This document shows, one piece after another, positions 38,684 through 48,214 of a stretch of DNA of 64,000 nucleotides. Where the stretch lies: positions 446,218-510,217 of the forward strand of contig DAOORK010000001.1 of the NCBI GenBank assembly GCA_035389185.1, given 5' to 3'. This stretch comes from Candidatus Woesebacteria bacterium (lineage in GTDB: Bacteria > Patescibacteriota > Microgenomatia > UBA1400 > MFAQ01). The notes below the pieces were generated by a model. The model saw only the letters and a program-made list of their open reading frames with translations, searched no databases and was not told where the DNA came from. The stretch's first letter is position 1. Each line of letters opens with the position of its first letter. The translations under genes and the position numbers were made by a program.

Positions 38684-38724
38684 AAATCCTCCTTTGATGT
38701 TTTGAAACTATCGATAAAACGAGA

Positions 38725-38898
38725 TTAGAGTGCTAAGACAAGGCCCCAAAAAATGGATATTAAGGCGAAGGAAATGAAGATAAAACCTTCCGAACTTGGA
38801 TATTGCTCCTTTCGCCGTATAAAAATGACGGCAAGCACTAAAAATACTGCGGCAATGACAAAGCAGATGATAGCGCCAATTGTCTGACTGATAACCAT
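38725..38898 (-). CDS. two-TM micro membrane protein (57 aa), paralog of 38462..38683; not in ORF track
   Basis: hand translation MVISQTIGAIICFVIAAVFLVLAVIFIRRKEQYPSSEGFIFISFALISIFWGLVLAL; ATG preceded by TAAGGAGGaaat. Confidence 0.55.
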   Translation of the reverse strand: MVISQTIGAIICFVIAAVFLVLAVIFIRRKEQYPSSEGFIFISFALISIFWGLVLAL

Positions 38899-38969
38899 AT
38901 TTCCTCCTTATTGAATCAAAGTACTTACTTTTGTGGGTATTCTATCGCAAAAAAGTTGAAGGGTCAATC

Positions 38970-39272
38970 TTATTGTGGACGATATGGATGGACGGCAGGA
39001 GGAGGAGGAGGCGGTGCTTCAAAATCGTAGGTAGAGTGATGCGGAGTTTCAAGCGAGGGAATCAGAGGAACGGAGAGTGTTTCAGATTCGTGATGGGGAT
39101 GAACAATGTTTTCAGGAATTTTTTTATATTTTTCTGGAATAGCGTCAAGGGCCTCTTTGACAATTTTTCTACCCTCATCTGTGGCAAAGAGAAGGGCGGC
39201 AACGACACCAACAAAAACTCCTGTTGCAAATGGAGCAAACTTATTATTTGATTTGTTGTTAGCGGGATTCAT
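38970..39272 (-). CDS. YtxH-like membrane protein (start trimmed to MNPANNK; alternative 39308)
   Basis: N-terminal GVFVGVVAALLFATDEGRK helix typical of YtxH family; ORF-track start 39416 overlaps upstream gene extensively; Pro-rich C-terminus. Confidence 0.55.
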   Translation of the reverse strand: MNPANNKSNNKFAPFATGVFVGVVAALLFATDEGRKIVKEALDAIPEKYKKIPENIVHPHHESETLSVPLIPSLETPHHSTYDFEAPPPPPPAVHPYRPQ

Positions 39273-39558
39273 TTTCTTCGAGATTGACTGGAGGAGTTTT
39301 TTTGTCATGGCCAAATAGCCCGGAAATTGTCTCAATGATTCTGCCTGATTGACGGAAGCCCTCAATAACAGCCAGTACTCCTGCTGCCGGTTCAGAAATT
39401 TTCTGCAGCGTGTCATCGGCAGTGTCTAAAGTACGATTGAGTTTGAGAAGAGAGTTTTTGAGCTCCTTAAGAACAATAATTAGCTCGATACCGACAATGA
39501 CGGCGATAACAGTGAGCGCAGATATGGAAATTAAAGAAATTATTTGGGACAGGGTCAT
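39259..39558 (-). CDS. DUF948-like (YtxG-like) membrane-anchored coiled-coil protein
   Basis: N-terminal TM then LKELKNSLLKLNRTLDTADDTLQKI coil; pairs with YtxH-like gene as in Bacillus ytxG-ytxH. Confidence 0.55.
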   Translation of the reverse strand: MTLSQIISLISISALTVIAVIVGIELIIVLKELKNSLLKLNRTLDTADDTLQKISEPAAGVLAVIEGFRQSGRIIETISGLFGHDKKTPPVNLEENESR

Positions 39559-39591
39559 ACAACCATGATAGCAAATTTTTTCCCTTGAGTC

Positions 39592-40218
39592 TTATTTGGA
39601 GATGACAGTGATTGGTACTGTTGTGGTGGTACTGCGAGAAAAACGATTAGTGGCTTTTATCTTGATGGTCGTTTCACCAACGGCTAGGTTGAGACTGGTT
39701 TGAAAATGACCATCTTGGTCAGGCTTAACTACAATATCGTCGTTGATGGTCACTAGGGAGTCGGAAGACGTGATGCCCTGAACATCGATCGGGGAAGCGG
39801 TAACAGAGTTTGTAAGGGGTTGGGATAAGGATAATGGCGGCGGAGTGAGAATCACCCGAAACTGGAATCCGAGATAGATAATAAAAACCGTGACCCCAAG
39901 GGCAATGGAGATCAATTGGGTTGAGGGGTGAAACGAGTGATGCGAACCACGATACTGGATTGTCTTTTTAATCCCTTGATCCGGATGGCGAAAGTCACGA
40001 CGGAAAACAGCAACCAACTCATTTGGATCGGCATTTAGGGTTAGAGCAATGTTTCTGATAAACCCTTTGGCGAAAGTTTCTGAAGGAAGCAAGTCATAAC
40101 GATCGGCCTCAAGAGCCTCAATATATTTTGGGTCAATTCGCGTGGCAGAAGATAACTCTCCAATAGAGATATTTTGTCTATTTCTTTCTGTATGTAGAAG
40201 TTGACCGACTGTTTTCAT
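39592..40218 (-). CDS. RodZ-like protein (XRE-type HTH + TM + extracytoplasmic domain)
   Basis: N-terminal HTH (ISIGELSSATRIDPKYIEALE), central TM LISIALGVTVFIIYLGF, C-terminal beta-rich domain. Confidence 0.55.
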   Translation of the reverse strand: MKTVGQLLHTERNRQNISIGELSSATRIDPKYIEALEADRYDLLPSETFAKGFIRNIALTLNADPNELVAVFRRDFRHPDQGIKKTIQYRGSHHSFHPSTQLISIALGVTVFIIYLGFQFRVILTPPPLSLSQPLTNSVTASPIDVQGITSSDSLVTINDDIVVKPDQDGHFQTSLNLAVGETTIKIKATNRFSRSTTTTVPITVISK

Positions 40219-40224
40219 AACAGT

Positions 40225-42351
40225 TTATTCTTCGGATTCTTCGTTTTGGGGCAGATATTCTTCAAAACTATTAACAATAATTTCACGAGGCTTATTACCT
40301 TCGGCATGGGCGAGAATTCCTGCCTGTTCAAGCTGGTCTAGAATTCTGGCGGCTCTGGCATAGCCAATTTCCAAACGACGTTGTAGGAGAGAGGCGGACC
40401 CTTTGCCTTCGGCTATACAAAGACGAGCCGCTTCTTCGAATTTTTCATCGACGTTGCCCATGTCTTGGCCAGTGGCTGAGATAGTGCCTCGAGGAGTACT
40501 TCCCTTGGTAATATTTTCATCGTTTTTGGCTTCAACTCCCATGCTGTGAATGAACTTGAGCATATCACCTATCTCTTTATCAGAGACAAAAGCACCTTGA
40601 ATACGTTTGGGTTTGGCTACATCCGGAGGAATGAAAAGCATGTCACCCTTACCTAGTAGTTTTTCAGCACCTGGAGAATCGATGATGACACGAGAGTCAA
40701 TCATGGAAGTCACCTGGAAGGCAATACGAGCAGGGATGTTGGCTTTGATTAGACCGGTAAGGACATTTACGGATGGACGCTGTGTGGCAAGAACAAGATG
40801 AATACCAACTGCGCGAGCCATTTGGGCGATACGGACAATATGATTTTCCACATCGCCGGCATTCTTACTCATCATAATGTCGGCCATTTCGTCGACAATG
40901 ATGATGATATAAGGCATTGACTGAAAAGCTTTACTTTCGTTGTAAGAGGCAATATTTTTGACGCCAACCTCCTGGAAAATTTTGTAGCGACGCTCCATTT
41001 CGGCCACTGCCCAACCAAGAGCGTTAACAACTTTATCAACTTCGGTGATGACGTCGGTCAAAAGATGAGGAATACCATTGTAGGGAGTTAGTTCGACACG
41101 CTTGGGATCGACCATAATGAATTTGACCTCTTCGGGAGAAGAACGGAACAAGATTGAGGAAATAAAAGCGTTGATAAGAACGGATTTTCCGGAACCTGTG
41201 GTACCGGCGATGAGGATGTGGGGCATTTTGGCGATATCTACGACACACGGAGAACCAGAAACGTCGAGACCGAGAGAAACAACAGTTTTTGATTTATTCC
41301 CCTGCATAACAGAGGATGAAAGCATGTCGCGCAGAGAAACAAACTCTAGCGAACGATTGGGAATTTCGATACCGACTAAATCGCGACCGGGAATGGGGGC
41401 TTCGATACGAATCTGACCCTGGGGTGCAGCAAGGGCTAAGGCGAGATCTGATTGCAAAGCGTTGATTTTGGAAAGCTTGGTGCCCATAGCAATTGTAAGA
41501 GCATACTGAGTAACAGCCGGACCTTTGTGGACTTCGGAAACGTGTGCTTGAATACCAAACGACTCGAGAGTGTTTTGGATTACTTCGATGTTTTTATTGA
41601 TATCTCCTCGGTCTGCTTTACCCATTTTTTGGTCGGAGAGAATAGAGAGAGGTGGATACTGCCAGATGATAGCCGTAGCGCCTTCAAGCAGAGGTTTGGG
41701 GGGAAGGGGTGCCACAGAAGTATTTTTGTGTTTTTGAGATTCGTCGATGTGAACAACTGCTGATGCCGCGGAGTAGTTGTCTTCACCGCCAGTAATTTTG
41801 ACTGCGGTTGGTCTGCTGACAAAGCCACCTTTCTTACCGAGAGAAAGAGCTTTGAGTTTGTCACTAGTTTCCCCAAGTTTTTTGGAGCTTTCTTGGATAA
41901 GTACTACTAGATCCTCAATAGAGGTTTCAAACAAAATAAAGATGCCGATAATAGTGCCAACAACGAAGAAAACAATCGCTCCAGGAACGGAGATTAGTGA
42001 GGCGACCGAGTCTCTCATACCCGTGCCAATACTGCCAGAACCAGAAAGACCACTTAGGGAAATCATGGTGATGACACTGCCAAGAAGGACGTGGGGCGAG
42101 GCTATAGCAAGTTTGACATGGGTAAGAAGCAAACCACCGACGATAAAGATAAAGGGCAAAAAAATGAGGGGCCATCCAATAAAATCACGACCTATTTCGT
42201 AGACCTTGGTAAGAAATTCTCCTTGCTGAGAAAAGGAAATGGCAATAAGAGCTCCAATGCCCATGATTACCACGGCCAAGATGGAGTTGACGGTATCTTT
42301 TTTCAGATTTAGCTTGTACGGCTTTGAACGGCGACCTTTTTTACGAGCCAT
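40225..42351 (-). CDS. ftsK: DNA translocase FtsK/SpoIIIE
   Basis: N-terminal TM segments, Walker A GTTGSGKSV, C-terminal gamma winged helix (LLQRRLEIGYARAARILDQLE). Confidence 0.93.
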   Translation of the reverse strand: MARKKGRRSKPYKLNLKKDTVNSILAVVIMGIGALIAISFSQQGEFLTKVYEIGRDFIGWPLIFLPFIFIVGGLLLTHVKLAIASPHVLLGSVITMISLSGLSGSGSIGTGMRDSVASLISVPGAIVFFVVGTIIGIFILFETSIEDLVVLIQESSKKLGETSDKLKALSLGKKGGFVSRPTAVKITGGEDNYSAASAVVHIDESQKHKNTSVAPLPPKPLLEGATAIIWQYPPLSILSDQKMGKADRGDINKNIEVIQNTLESFGIQAHVSEVHKGPAVTQYALTIAMGTKLSKINALQSDLALALAAPQGQIRIEAPIPGRDLVGIEIPNRSLEFVSLRDMLSSSVMQGNKSKTVVSLGLDVSGSPCVVDIAKMPHILIAGTTGSGKSVLINAFISSILFRSSPEEVKFIMVDPKRVELTPYNGIPHLLTDVITEVDKVVNALGWAVAEMERRYKIFQEVGVKNIASYNESKAFQSMPYIIIIVDEMADIMMSKNAGDVENHIVRIAQMARAVGIHLVLATQRPSVNVLTGLIKANIPARIAFQVTSMIDSRVIIDSPGAEKLLGKGDMLFIPPDVAKPKRIQGAFVSDKEIGDMLKFIHSMGVEAKNDENITKGSTPRGTISATGQDMGNVDEKFEEAARLCIAEGKGSASLLQRRLEIGYARAARILDQLEQAGILAHAEGNKPREIIVNSFEEYLPQNEESEE

Positions 42352-42385
42352 AGATAACTTTTAGTATAGCTTAAGAGTTTAAAAA

Positions 42386-44167
42386 TTAAACCTCTAGAAG
42401 TATGGCGATGACCAATGGACGTCTTTGGGTGTGATCGAAAGCGAACTTCTCCAACTGGCCTTCAATCTTTTTGCGAATGAATCCCCAGTCTGTTGCTTGG
42501 CCTTTGAGATCTTTGAGACAGGCGTAAACATGTTTGCGGGCGTCGTTGATTAACTCTTGTGACTCTTTTTGGTAAACAAAACCACGAGAGATAATTTCGA
42601 TGTCGCCGGCAACTTGGGAGTTGTCTTTACGTAAAGGAACAATGGCGAGGAGAACTCCATCTTCGGACATTACTTGACGATCACGAAGAACAACTGTGCC
42701 AACGTCGCCAATTCCCAGACCATCAACATAGACGTTTCTGGTTTCGAATTTGGGGCCTTCTTTAATAATATGGTTTTCAATAATGATCGACTGACCTTCA
42801 GAAAGAATAGTAACGGCATCCGGACTTAGGTTCATGTCTTTGGCGAGGTTTTTGTAGAGCATCATGTGACGAAGGTCGCCTCCGATGGGGATGATGTTTT
42901 TGGGTTTGATAAGTCGGGCGAGAAGGGCAAGATCTCCCTTGTAACCATGACCGGAAACGTGGAGGTGTTCAGAAGTACCGGAGTAAATGACATCGATATT
43001 GTTTTTGTACAGAGTATCCATGAGGTTAAAAATATCAGCATCGTTACCAGTGCCCGGAATAGCAGTGGAACTAATGATGACCTTATCCCCTTTCTTCAGG
43101 CGAACCATACGGTGCTCGCCGTTGGCTAGTCTATGCATGGCCGAACCTGCCTGACCCTGTGAACCGGAGACAATCATGGTGACTTGACCTGCCGGAAGAG
43201 TGTTGGCCTGTTGGGGTTTGATAAAGACACCTGCGGGAACTTTCATGAAACCAGTTTTGATGGCCGCTTCAATATTTTGCTCCACAGAACGTCCAATGAT
43301 AGCCACCTTGCGGTGATATTTCATCGAAGCTTCGATCGCAATTTGAAAACGAGAAATGGAAGAGGACATGCCGGTGAAGATGACTTTACCAACAGTATTG
43401 CGGATTTCATTATCGATAGCGGTAACAAGAGATCTTTCCGAAGGACAAAAACCTTCTTTCTCGATACCCAGACAGTCGGTGAGCAACAAATCGACACCTT
43501 CAACACCGGCGGCAGCCATACTGCCAAGATCTGGGGGAAGGTTGTCGATGGGGGTGAGATCGAACTTGTAATCAGCACCATGGTAGACAGTACTATTGGG
43601 GGTTTTGATCAAAAGATGAAAACAGTCCGGAACAGAGTGGGTGGAGTGAATAAGTTCAATATGAAAAGGACCAAGGTCTAAGTGCCCTTCAACAGTGGTC
43701 ATACGATTGGGAATGCCAAACTCACGAACTTTGATCTCGGCCATGGCAATGGCGAGTCTGCCGCCAAAAACTTCGACATTTTTGAGTCGGGGAAGAATGT
43801 AGGGAAGACCGCCGATATGATCCATGTGAGGATGGGTAACAACGATACCGAGCAGATTTTTACCTGGTTTTTCCAGATAACTAATATCCGGGATGACAGA
43901 GTCAACACCAAGGGCATTATCCTGGGGGAAACCCATACCGCAGTCGACAACGAGTTGGTCGTCGCCATATTCGTAAACATACATATTTTTGGTGACCGAA
44001 CCGACACCGCCAAGAGGAATAATTTTTAAACTCGGGAAATGAGAAATTGGTTTCTCGGGAATTGGTTTGTAGGCCGAAACGGGTTTCTCCGGGTTCTGTT
44101 TGAAACCAAACCTAGGTTTTTCCGTTTTTGGCATAGCTGATAACTGGGGATTTTTATTTATATCCAT
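42386..44167 (-). CDS. rnj: ribonuclease J (beta-CASP metallo-beta-lactamase) with about 50-aa N-terminal extension
   Basis: HPHMDHIGG motif, beta-CASP and C-terminal domain; 593 aa. Confidence 0.9.
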   Translation of the reverse strand: MDINKNPQLSAMPKTEKPRFGFKQNPEKPVSAYKPIPEKPISHFPSLKIIPLGGVGSVTKNMYVYEYGDDQLVVDCGMGFPQDNALGVDSVIPDISYLEKPGKNLLGIVVTHPHMDHIGGLPYILPRLKNVEVFGGRLAIAMAEIKVREFGIPNRMTTVEGHLDLGPFHIELIHSTHSVPDCFHLLIKTPNSTVYHGADYKFDLTPIDNLPPDLGSMAAAGVEGVDLLLTDCLGIEKEGFCPSERSLVTAIDNEIRNTVGKVIFTGMSSSISRFQIAIEASMKYHRKVAIIGRSVEQNIEAAIKTGFMKVPAGVFIKPQQANTLPAGQVTMIVSGSQGQAGSAMHRLANGEHRMVRLKKGDKVIISSTAIPGTGNDADIFNLMDTLYKNNIDVIYSGTSEHLHVSGHGYKGDLALLARLIKPKNIIPIGGDLRHMMLYKNLAKDMNLSPDAVTILSEGQSIIIENHIIKEGPKFETRNVYVDGLGIGDVGTVVLRDRQVMSEDGVLLAIVPLRKDNSQVAGDIEIISRGFVYQKESQELINDARKHVYACLKDLKGQATDWGFIRKKIEGQLEKFAFDHTQRRPLVIAILLEV

Positions 44168-44364
44168 AACAATTTTTATTTAATTACTAAACTGATCAAT
44201 ACAGCCGCGCTGCTTGAACACGCCAACAAAAAGCTGGCTTACTTAAATTCATTTTACACTTACTAAGGAAATTGTTTGGGGACCGGAGCTGCAATATAAA
44301 ACTCTTGGGTAACTAACGCTATCTTAGTCAAAGTCTAAACGTAATATGGGGTTATTATACACTA

Positions 44365-44398
44365 AAAGAAAACCCCGCTGATTAGCGGGGCTTGTTTT
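44365..44398 (-). terminator. hairpin terminator (CCCCGCTG-ATTA-GCGGGG) after ORF 44412..44699
   Basis: stem 44373-44390; A-rich 5' on + strand (U-run on -), T-run 3' as well. Confidence 0.6.
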
Positions 44399-44411
44399 TT
44401 ATTCGAACAGC

Positions 44412-44699
44412 TTATTCTCTAGCTCTTGTGAGAACACCTCTTGTCTCTAAGGCAATATAGATCATCGACTTCATTAACTTTTGTTCGGGTGACCCACTCT
44501 TTGCAATCTCCTCTAAGTTAACTAATTTCCACCCTTTGTTCTCCTTGTCAGCGTTAATTTCACCTGCACTCACAAAGTAATGATCAAACAATTCGTTTGG
44601 TTTAGTGATAAAAATAGCTTCATTTTCTTTGACAACAACACCAAACGTATCTCCAGTCTCAGACGTGAAACTATCTCCAACTTCAAACACAATCTTCAT
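44412..44699 (-). CDS. hypothetical small acidic protein (95 aa)
   Basis: ATG preceded by GGAGGA 4 nt upstream; own terminator; no recognisable domain. Confidence 0.6.
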   Translation of the reverse strand: MKIVFEVGDSFTSETGDTFGVVVKENEAIFITKPNELFDHYFVSAGEINADKENKGWKLVNLEEIAKSGSPEQKLMKSMIYIALETRGVLTRARE

Positions 44700-44787
44700 T
44701 TAATCCTCCAAAATTTCAAAGAATGTTATTGCTTTCTGCTGCTGGTATTGTAATATCCCGAACGTGAAATGTCAAGCTATAGGGTAG

Positions 44788-45852
44788 TTACCACTTGGGG
44801 AGGAAGGACTTGATGTTCTCAGGAGTAAGAGATACCGTTTTAACTTGGCCGGTAACAAGAAGCATGGCTACTTTACGAACAACTCCTTCAATGGTGCGGT
44901 TTAGAGTACGAATACCAGCATCATAACCTAGAGGCCGGATGATTGTTGGCCACAAAGCCGGGTCGATGGTGATGAGAGTCGGGTCCATACCGGCTGCTTC
45001 TAAGGCTTTGGGGAACAAATAATCCTGGGCAATATGGGATTTCTCATCATCGGTGTAAGAAGGCATTTGAATCGGTTCAAGACGATCCATAACAGCCGTC
45101 GCTAGATTGCCGGTGTTGTTGGCCGTGGCAATAAACATGACCTCGGAGAGATCGACAGGGTAATCGATGAAATGATCGAGGAAACGATTGTTTTGAGTGG
45201 GGTCAAGGAGCTCAACCAAAACACCCATGATGTCGGCTCTGGCGCTTTCGGTAACACGATCAATTTCGTCAAGAAGAATAATAGGGTTTTTGACACCTGA
45301 GTCACAGAGAGCTCTAACAATATAACCAGGTTCAGCTTCAAGATGAAGACGAGACTCACCGCGAAGGTCTTTGGCTGAACCAAGCCCTCCAAAAGGAATA
45401 CGGGCGATGGGACGGCCGAGAGCTTCTGAAAGCGCATAGGCAAAGGTGGTTTTTCCGGTACCAACCAAGCCGACGAGACAGATAATAGGAGCGCGAGCAA
45501 CACCCATATTACGTGACGAACGGAGTTTAAGAACAGACATGTACTCAAGAATACGTTCTTTGACATCGTTCATTCCGTAGTGATGTTTATCGAGTGTATC
45601 TTTGATCGAAACTAGATCAATTGGTCTTTCTACCCGTTTGTTCCATGGTACTTTGGACACCCAGTTGATGTAGTGGCTTAGTTTTTCGTATTCTTCCGAG
45701 AAAAAACCCTGACTCGACAGACGCTCAAGACGAGCGATCATATCTAAAGTATTGTCTTTTAGCTCGGGAGGTACCTCAATCGTCTGGATCTTCTGACGAA
45801 GATCGTCAAGCATAGAGGAAGGTTGGGTTGGTGCCTGGGCAGAAGGATCCAT
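44788..45852 (-). CDS. Lon-like AAA+ ATPase lacking both the N-terminal LON domain and the C-terminal protease domain (354 aa)
   Basis: collinear with Lon residues about 230-590: pre-AAA helical region (HYGMNDVKERILEYMSVLKL), Walker A GLVGTGKTT, Walker B ILLDEID, sensor TANN, YTDDEK...GIRTLNRTIEGV; ends before S-K protease domain. Confidence 0.8.
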   Translation of the reverse strand: MDPSAQAPTQPSSMLDDLRQKIQTIEVPPELKDNTLDMIARLERLSSQGFFSEEYEKLSHYINWVSKVPWNKRVERPIDLVSIKDTLDKHHYGMNDVKERILEYMSVLKLRSSRNMGVARAPIICLVGLVGTGKTTFAYALSEALGRPIARIPFGGLGSAKDLRGESRLHLEAEPGYIVRALCDSGVKNPIILLDEIDRVTESARADIMGVLVELLDPTQNNRFLDHFIDYPVDLSEVMFIATANNTGNLATAVMDRLEPIQMPSYTDDEKSHIAQDYLFPKALEAAGMDPTLITIDPALWPTIIRPLGYDAGIRTLNRTIEGVVRKVAMLLVTGQVKTVSLTPENIKSFLPKW

Positions 45853-45882
45853 AGATTCATTATATATGGACTATTGAAGAAA

Positions 45883-45908
45883 CAAAAAGCCCCGGTTCCT
45901 CCCGGGGC
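45883..45908 (-). terminator. intrinsic terminator (GCCCCGG-TTCCT-CCGGGGC + U-run on - strand) after pnp
   Basis: 7-bp stem 45889-45908, A-run 45883-45888. Confidence 0.7.
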
Positions 45909-45940
45909 TTTCATAAGCTAAGGCCTGTACTAATTGTACA

Positions 45941-48139
45941 TTAACGACTGTCTCTGAAGTTACGGAAGTTTGGGCGACTACCACCATTTCTTTGACCACC
46001 ACGATCTTCACCAAATCTTGGTCTATCCCCGCCTCCCATTGGACGTTCGGCTCTTATGGGAGCTTCACCTTCCTTGAGCATGGTGAGATTGACACGACCC
46101 ATGGAGTCAACTTCGTAACAACGAACCTCGACTTTGTCACCGATCTTCATTGCTTTGAAGACTTCCGGCTGAACCTGGGAAATATGAACAAGGCCATCTT
46201 TTCCGGGGATGATATTCACGAAAGCACCAAAGGCTTCGATTCTGGCGACAGTGCCTTGATATGTTTTACCAACTTCGGCTTCGGCAACGATGGAGTCAAT
46301 ATAGGCGCGAGCGCCGTCGACTTTGGCTTGATCGGAACCGGTAACGGTGACAGTGCCATCATCTTCAATATTAACTTCAACCAAGAAATCATCTTGAATC
46401 TGATGGATGATCTTGCCACCTGAACCAATAACGTCACCGATCTTGGCAACCGGGACTTTGGTGGAAACAATCTTGGGAGCATATTGGGAAAGTTTCTCAC
46501 GAGGAGCGGCGATGGCTTCGGTCATAAGTTCAAGAATCTTCAATCTGGCGCGCTTGGCTTGTTCAACAGCTTGGGTTAGAACTTCGGCTTTGATTCCAGT
46601 GACTTTGACATCCATCTGAAGCGCGGTAATACCGTCGACTGTACCAGCAACTTTGAAGTCCATATCACCAAGGTGATCTTCAAGACCACAGATATCGGTT
46701 AGAGTAACAAACTTATCTCCTTCGGTAATAAGACCCATGGCTGTACCAGCAACAGGTTTTCTGATTGGAACACCAGCGTCCATGAGGGACAAAGTGGAAC
46801 CACAAATAGAAGCTTGAGAGGTGGAACCGTTTGAAGACATGACTTCGGAAACAATACGAATGGCGTAAGGAAACTCATTTTGGTCAGGAAGAACCGGAAT
46901 AAGAGCTCTTTCGGCTAGTGCACCGTGACCAACTTCACGACGGCCAGTACCTGGGCGCCCTACCTCACCGGCAGCAAAGCCAGGCATGTTGTAGTGATGC
47001 ATGTAGCGCTTGGTGGACTCGCCTTTCATACCATCGATAAGCTGTTCACGGGCTGGTGAACCAAGGGTGACGACTGAGAGAACATGAGTGAGACCTCTTT
47101 GGAAGAAAGCCGAACCGTGGGTTCGAGGAAGAAGACCAACTTCAATGTTTATTGGGCGAATCTCTTCGACATCACGACCGTCTGGACGCTGTTTTTTCTC
47201 AATAATATTTTTTCGAGCTAAGTCACGAAGCATATTGTCGGCTGTTTCAGCGATATGGCTAGGATTATGTTCGGGGTGAGCGGCAATAATGGAATCGACT
47301 ATTTCTCTTGCTTGAGTACCGGTTTTGGTGGCTTCGTTTTTAAGAATTGCTTCCAAATCACCAATCTCATCGGCAACAAATTTTTTGATTTCAGGATCCA
47401 TTTCTATGCGGGCAATGGTACGTTTGGTTTTGCCATGTTCTTTGGCGAATTTTTCGATACCACTGGCGATGGTGTCGATGTATTCCTGAGCGAAAGCCAA
47501 AGCACCGGTCATTTTTTCTTCCGAGACTTCATTGGCACCAGCCTCAACCATACAGATACCACCTTTGGGTCCGGAAACAACCAGGTCCATTGGAGAGGTA
47601 TTTTTTTGTTCTTCTGTGGGGTTGACGATGTATTCTCCTTCGGGAGTCATACCAATACGAACTGCACCAACAGGTCCAGCCCAGGGATAGTCGGAAATGG
47701 AGATGGCAGCGGAAGCGGCAACGATGGCAAGAATTTCTGGTTCTTCAACTCCGTCTATAGAAAGAGGAGAGACAAGAACTTGAACTTCGTTTCTGCTGGA
47801 TTGATCGAAAAGAGGTCTTATGGAACGGTCGATTACGCGACCGGTGAGAATTTCGGTTTCTGCGGGTCGGCCTTCACGTTTGATAAAACGACTGGAGCTA
47901 ATGACTCCACCTGCATAAAGTTTTTCTTGGTATTCGATAGAAAGAGGAAAATAATCAATTCCTTCTTTAACACGATTTGTGGCTACACAAGAAGCAATAA
48001 CGACGGTGTCGCCGCATCTGACGGTCACAGAACCTGAGGCCTGGGCGCCAAAACGACCGGTCTCGATTGTAATAGTTTTACCATTGAGGACAATGGTGGT
48101 TTGAGGATGTGTCATCCTGAATCCTTTCTTTCGCGCCAC
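45941..48139 (-). CDS. pnp: polyribonucleotide nucleotidyltransferase (PNPase) with RGG-rich C-terminal tail
   Basis: two RNase PH domains, KH and S1 domains; 732 aa. Confidence 0.96.
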   Translation of the reverse strand: MARKKGFRMTHPQTTIVLNGKTITIETGRFGAQASGSVTVRCGDTVVIASCVATNRVKEGIDYFPLSIEYQEKLYAGGVISSSRFIKREGRPAETEILTGRVIDRSIRPLFDQSSRNEVQVLVSPLSIDGVEEPEILAIVAASAAISISDYPWAGPVGAVRIGMTPEGEYIVNPTEEQKNTSPMDLVVSGPKGGICMVEAGANEVSEEKMTGALAFAQEYIDTIASGIEKFAKEHGKTKRTIARIEMDPEIKKFVADEIGDLEAILKNEATKTGTQAREIVDSIIAAHPEHNPSHIAETADNMLRDLARKNIIEKKQRPDGRDVEEIRPINIEVGLLPRTHGSAFFQRGLTHVLSVVTLGSPAREQLIDGMKGESTKRYMHHYNMPGFAAGEVGRPGTGRREVGHGALAERALIPVLPDQNEFPYAIRIVSEVMSSNGSTSQASICGSTLSLMDAGVPIRKPVAGTAMGLITEGDKFVTLTDICGLEDHLGDMDFKVAGTVDGITALQMDVKVTGIKAEVLTQAVEQAKRARLKILELMTEAIAAPREKLSQYAPKIVSTKVPVAKIGDVIGSGGKIIHQIQDDFLVEVNIEDDGTVTVTGSDQAKVDGARAYIDSIVAEAEVGKTYQGTVARIEAFGAFVNIIPGKDGLVHISQVQPEVFKAMKIGDKVEVRCYEVDSMGRVNLTMLKEGEAPIRAERPMGGGDRPRFGEDRGGQRNGGSRPNFRNFRDSR

Positions 48140-48214
48140 CCATTCTTGAGAAGAAAACAGAAAATACCCAAAGGCATGGCCTTCGGATGGATATACTCTA
48201 TTTACTCCTCAAGC

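Noticed and set aside
38970-39416. 148-aa form of the YtxH-like gene
   Set aside because: Would overlap the DUF948-like gene by about 160 nt; YtxH-type N-terminal helix begins after the internal Met at 39272
43184-43681. 165-aa plus-strand ORF
   Set aside because: Antisense inside rnj
45102-45566. 154-aa minus-strand ORF in alternative frame
   Set aside because: Nested in a different frame inside the Lon-like ATPase gene, whose frame carries clear AAA+ motifs
47255-48037. 260-aa plus-strand ORF (Gly/Phe-rich)
   Set aside because: Lies antisense within pnp, a well-supported gene; low-complexity composition typical of antisense read-through of a GC-biased coding frame
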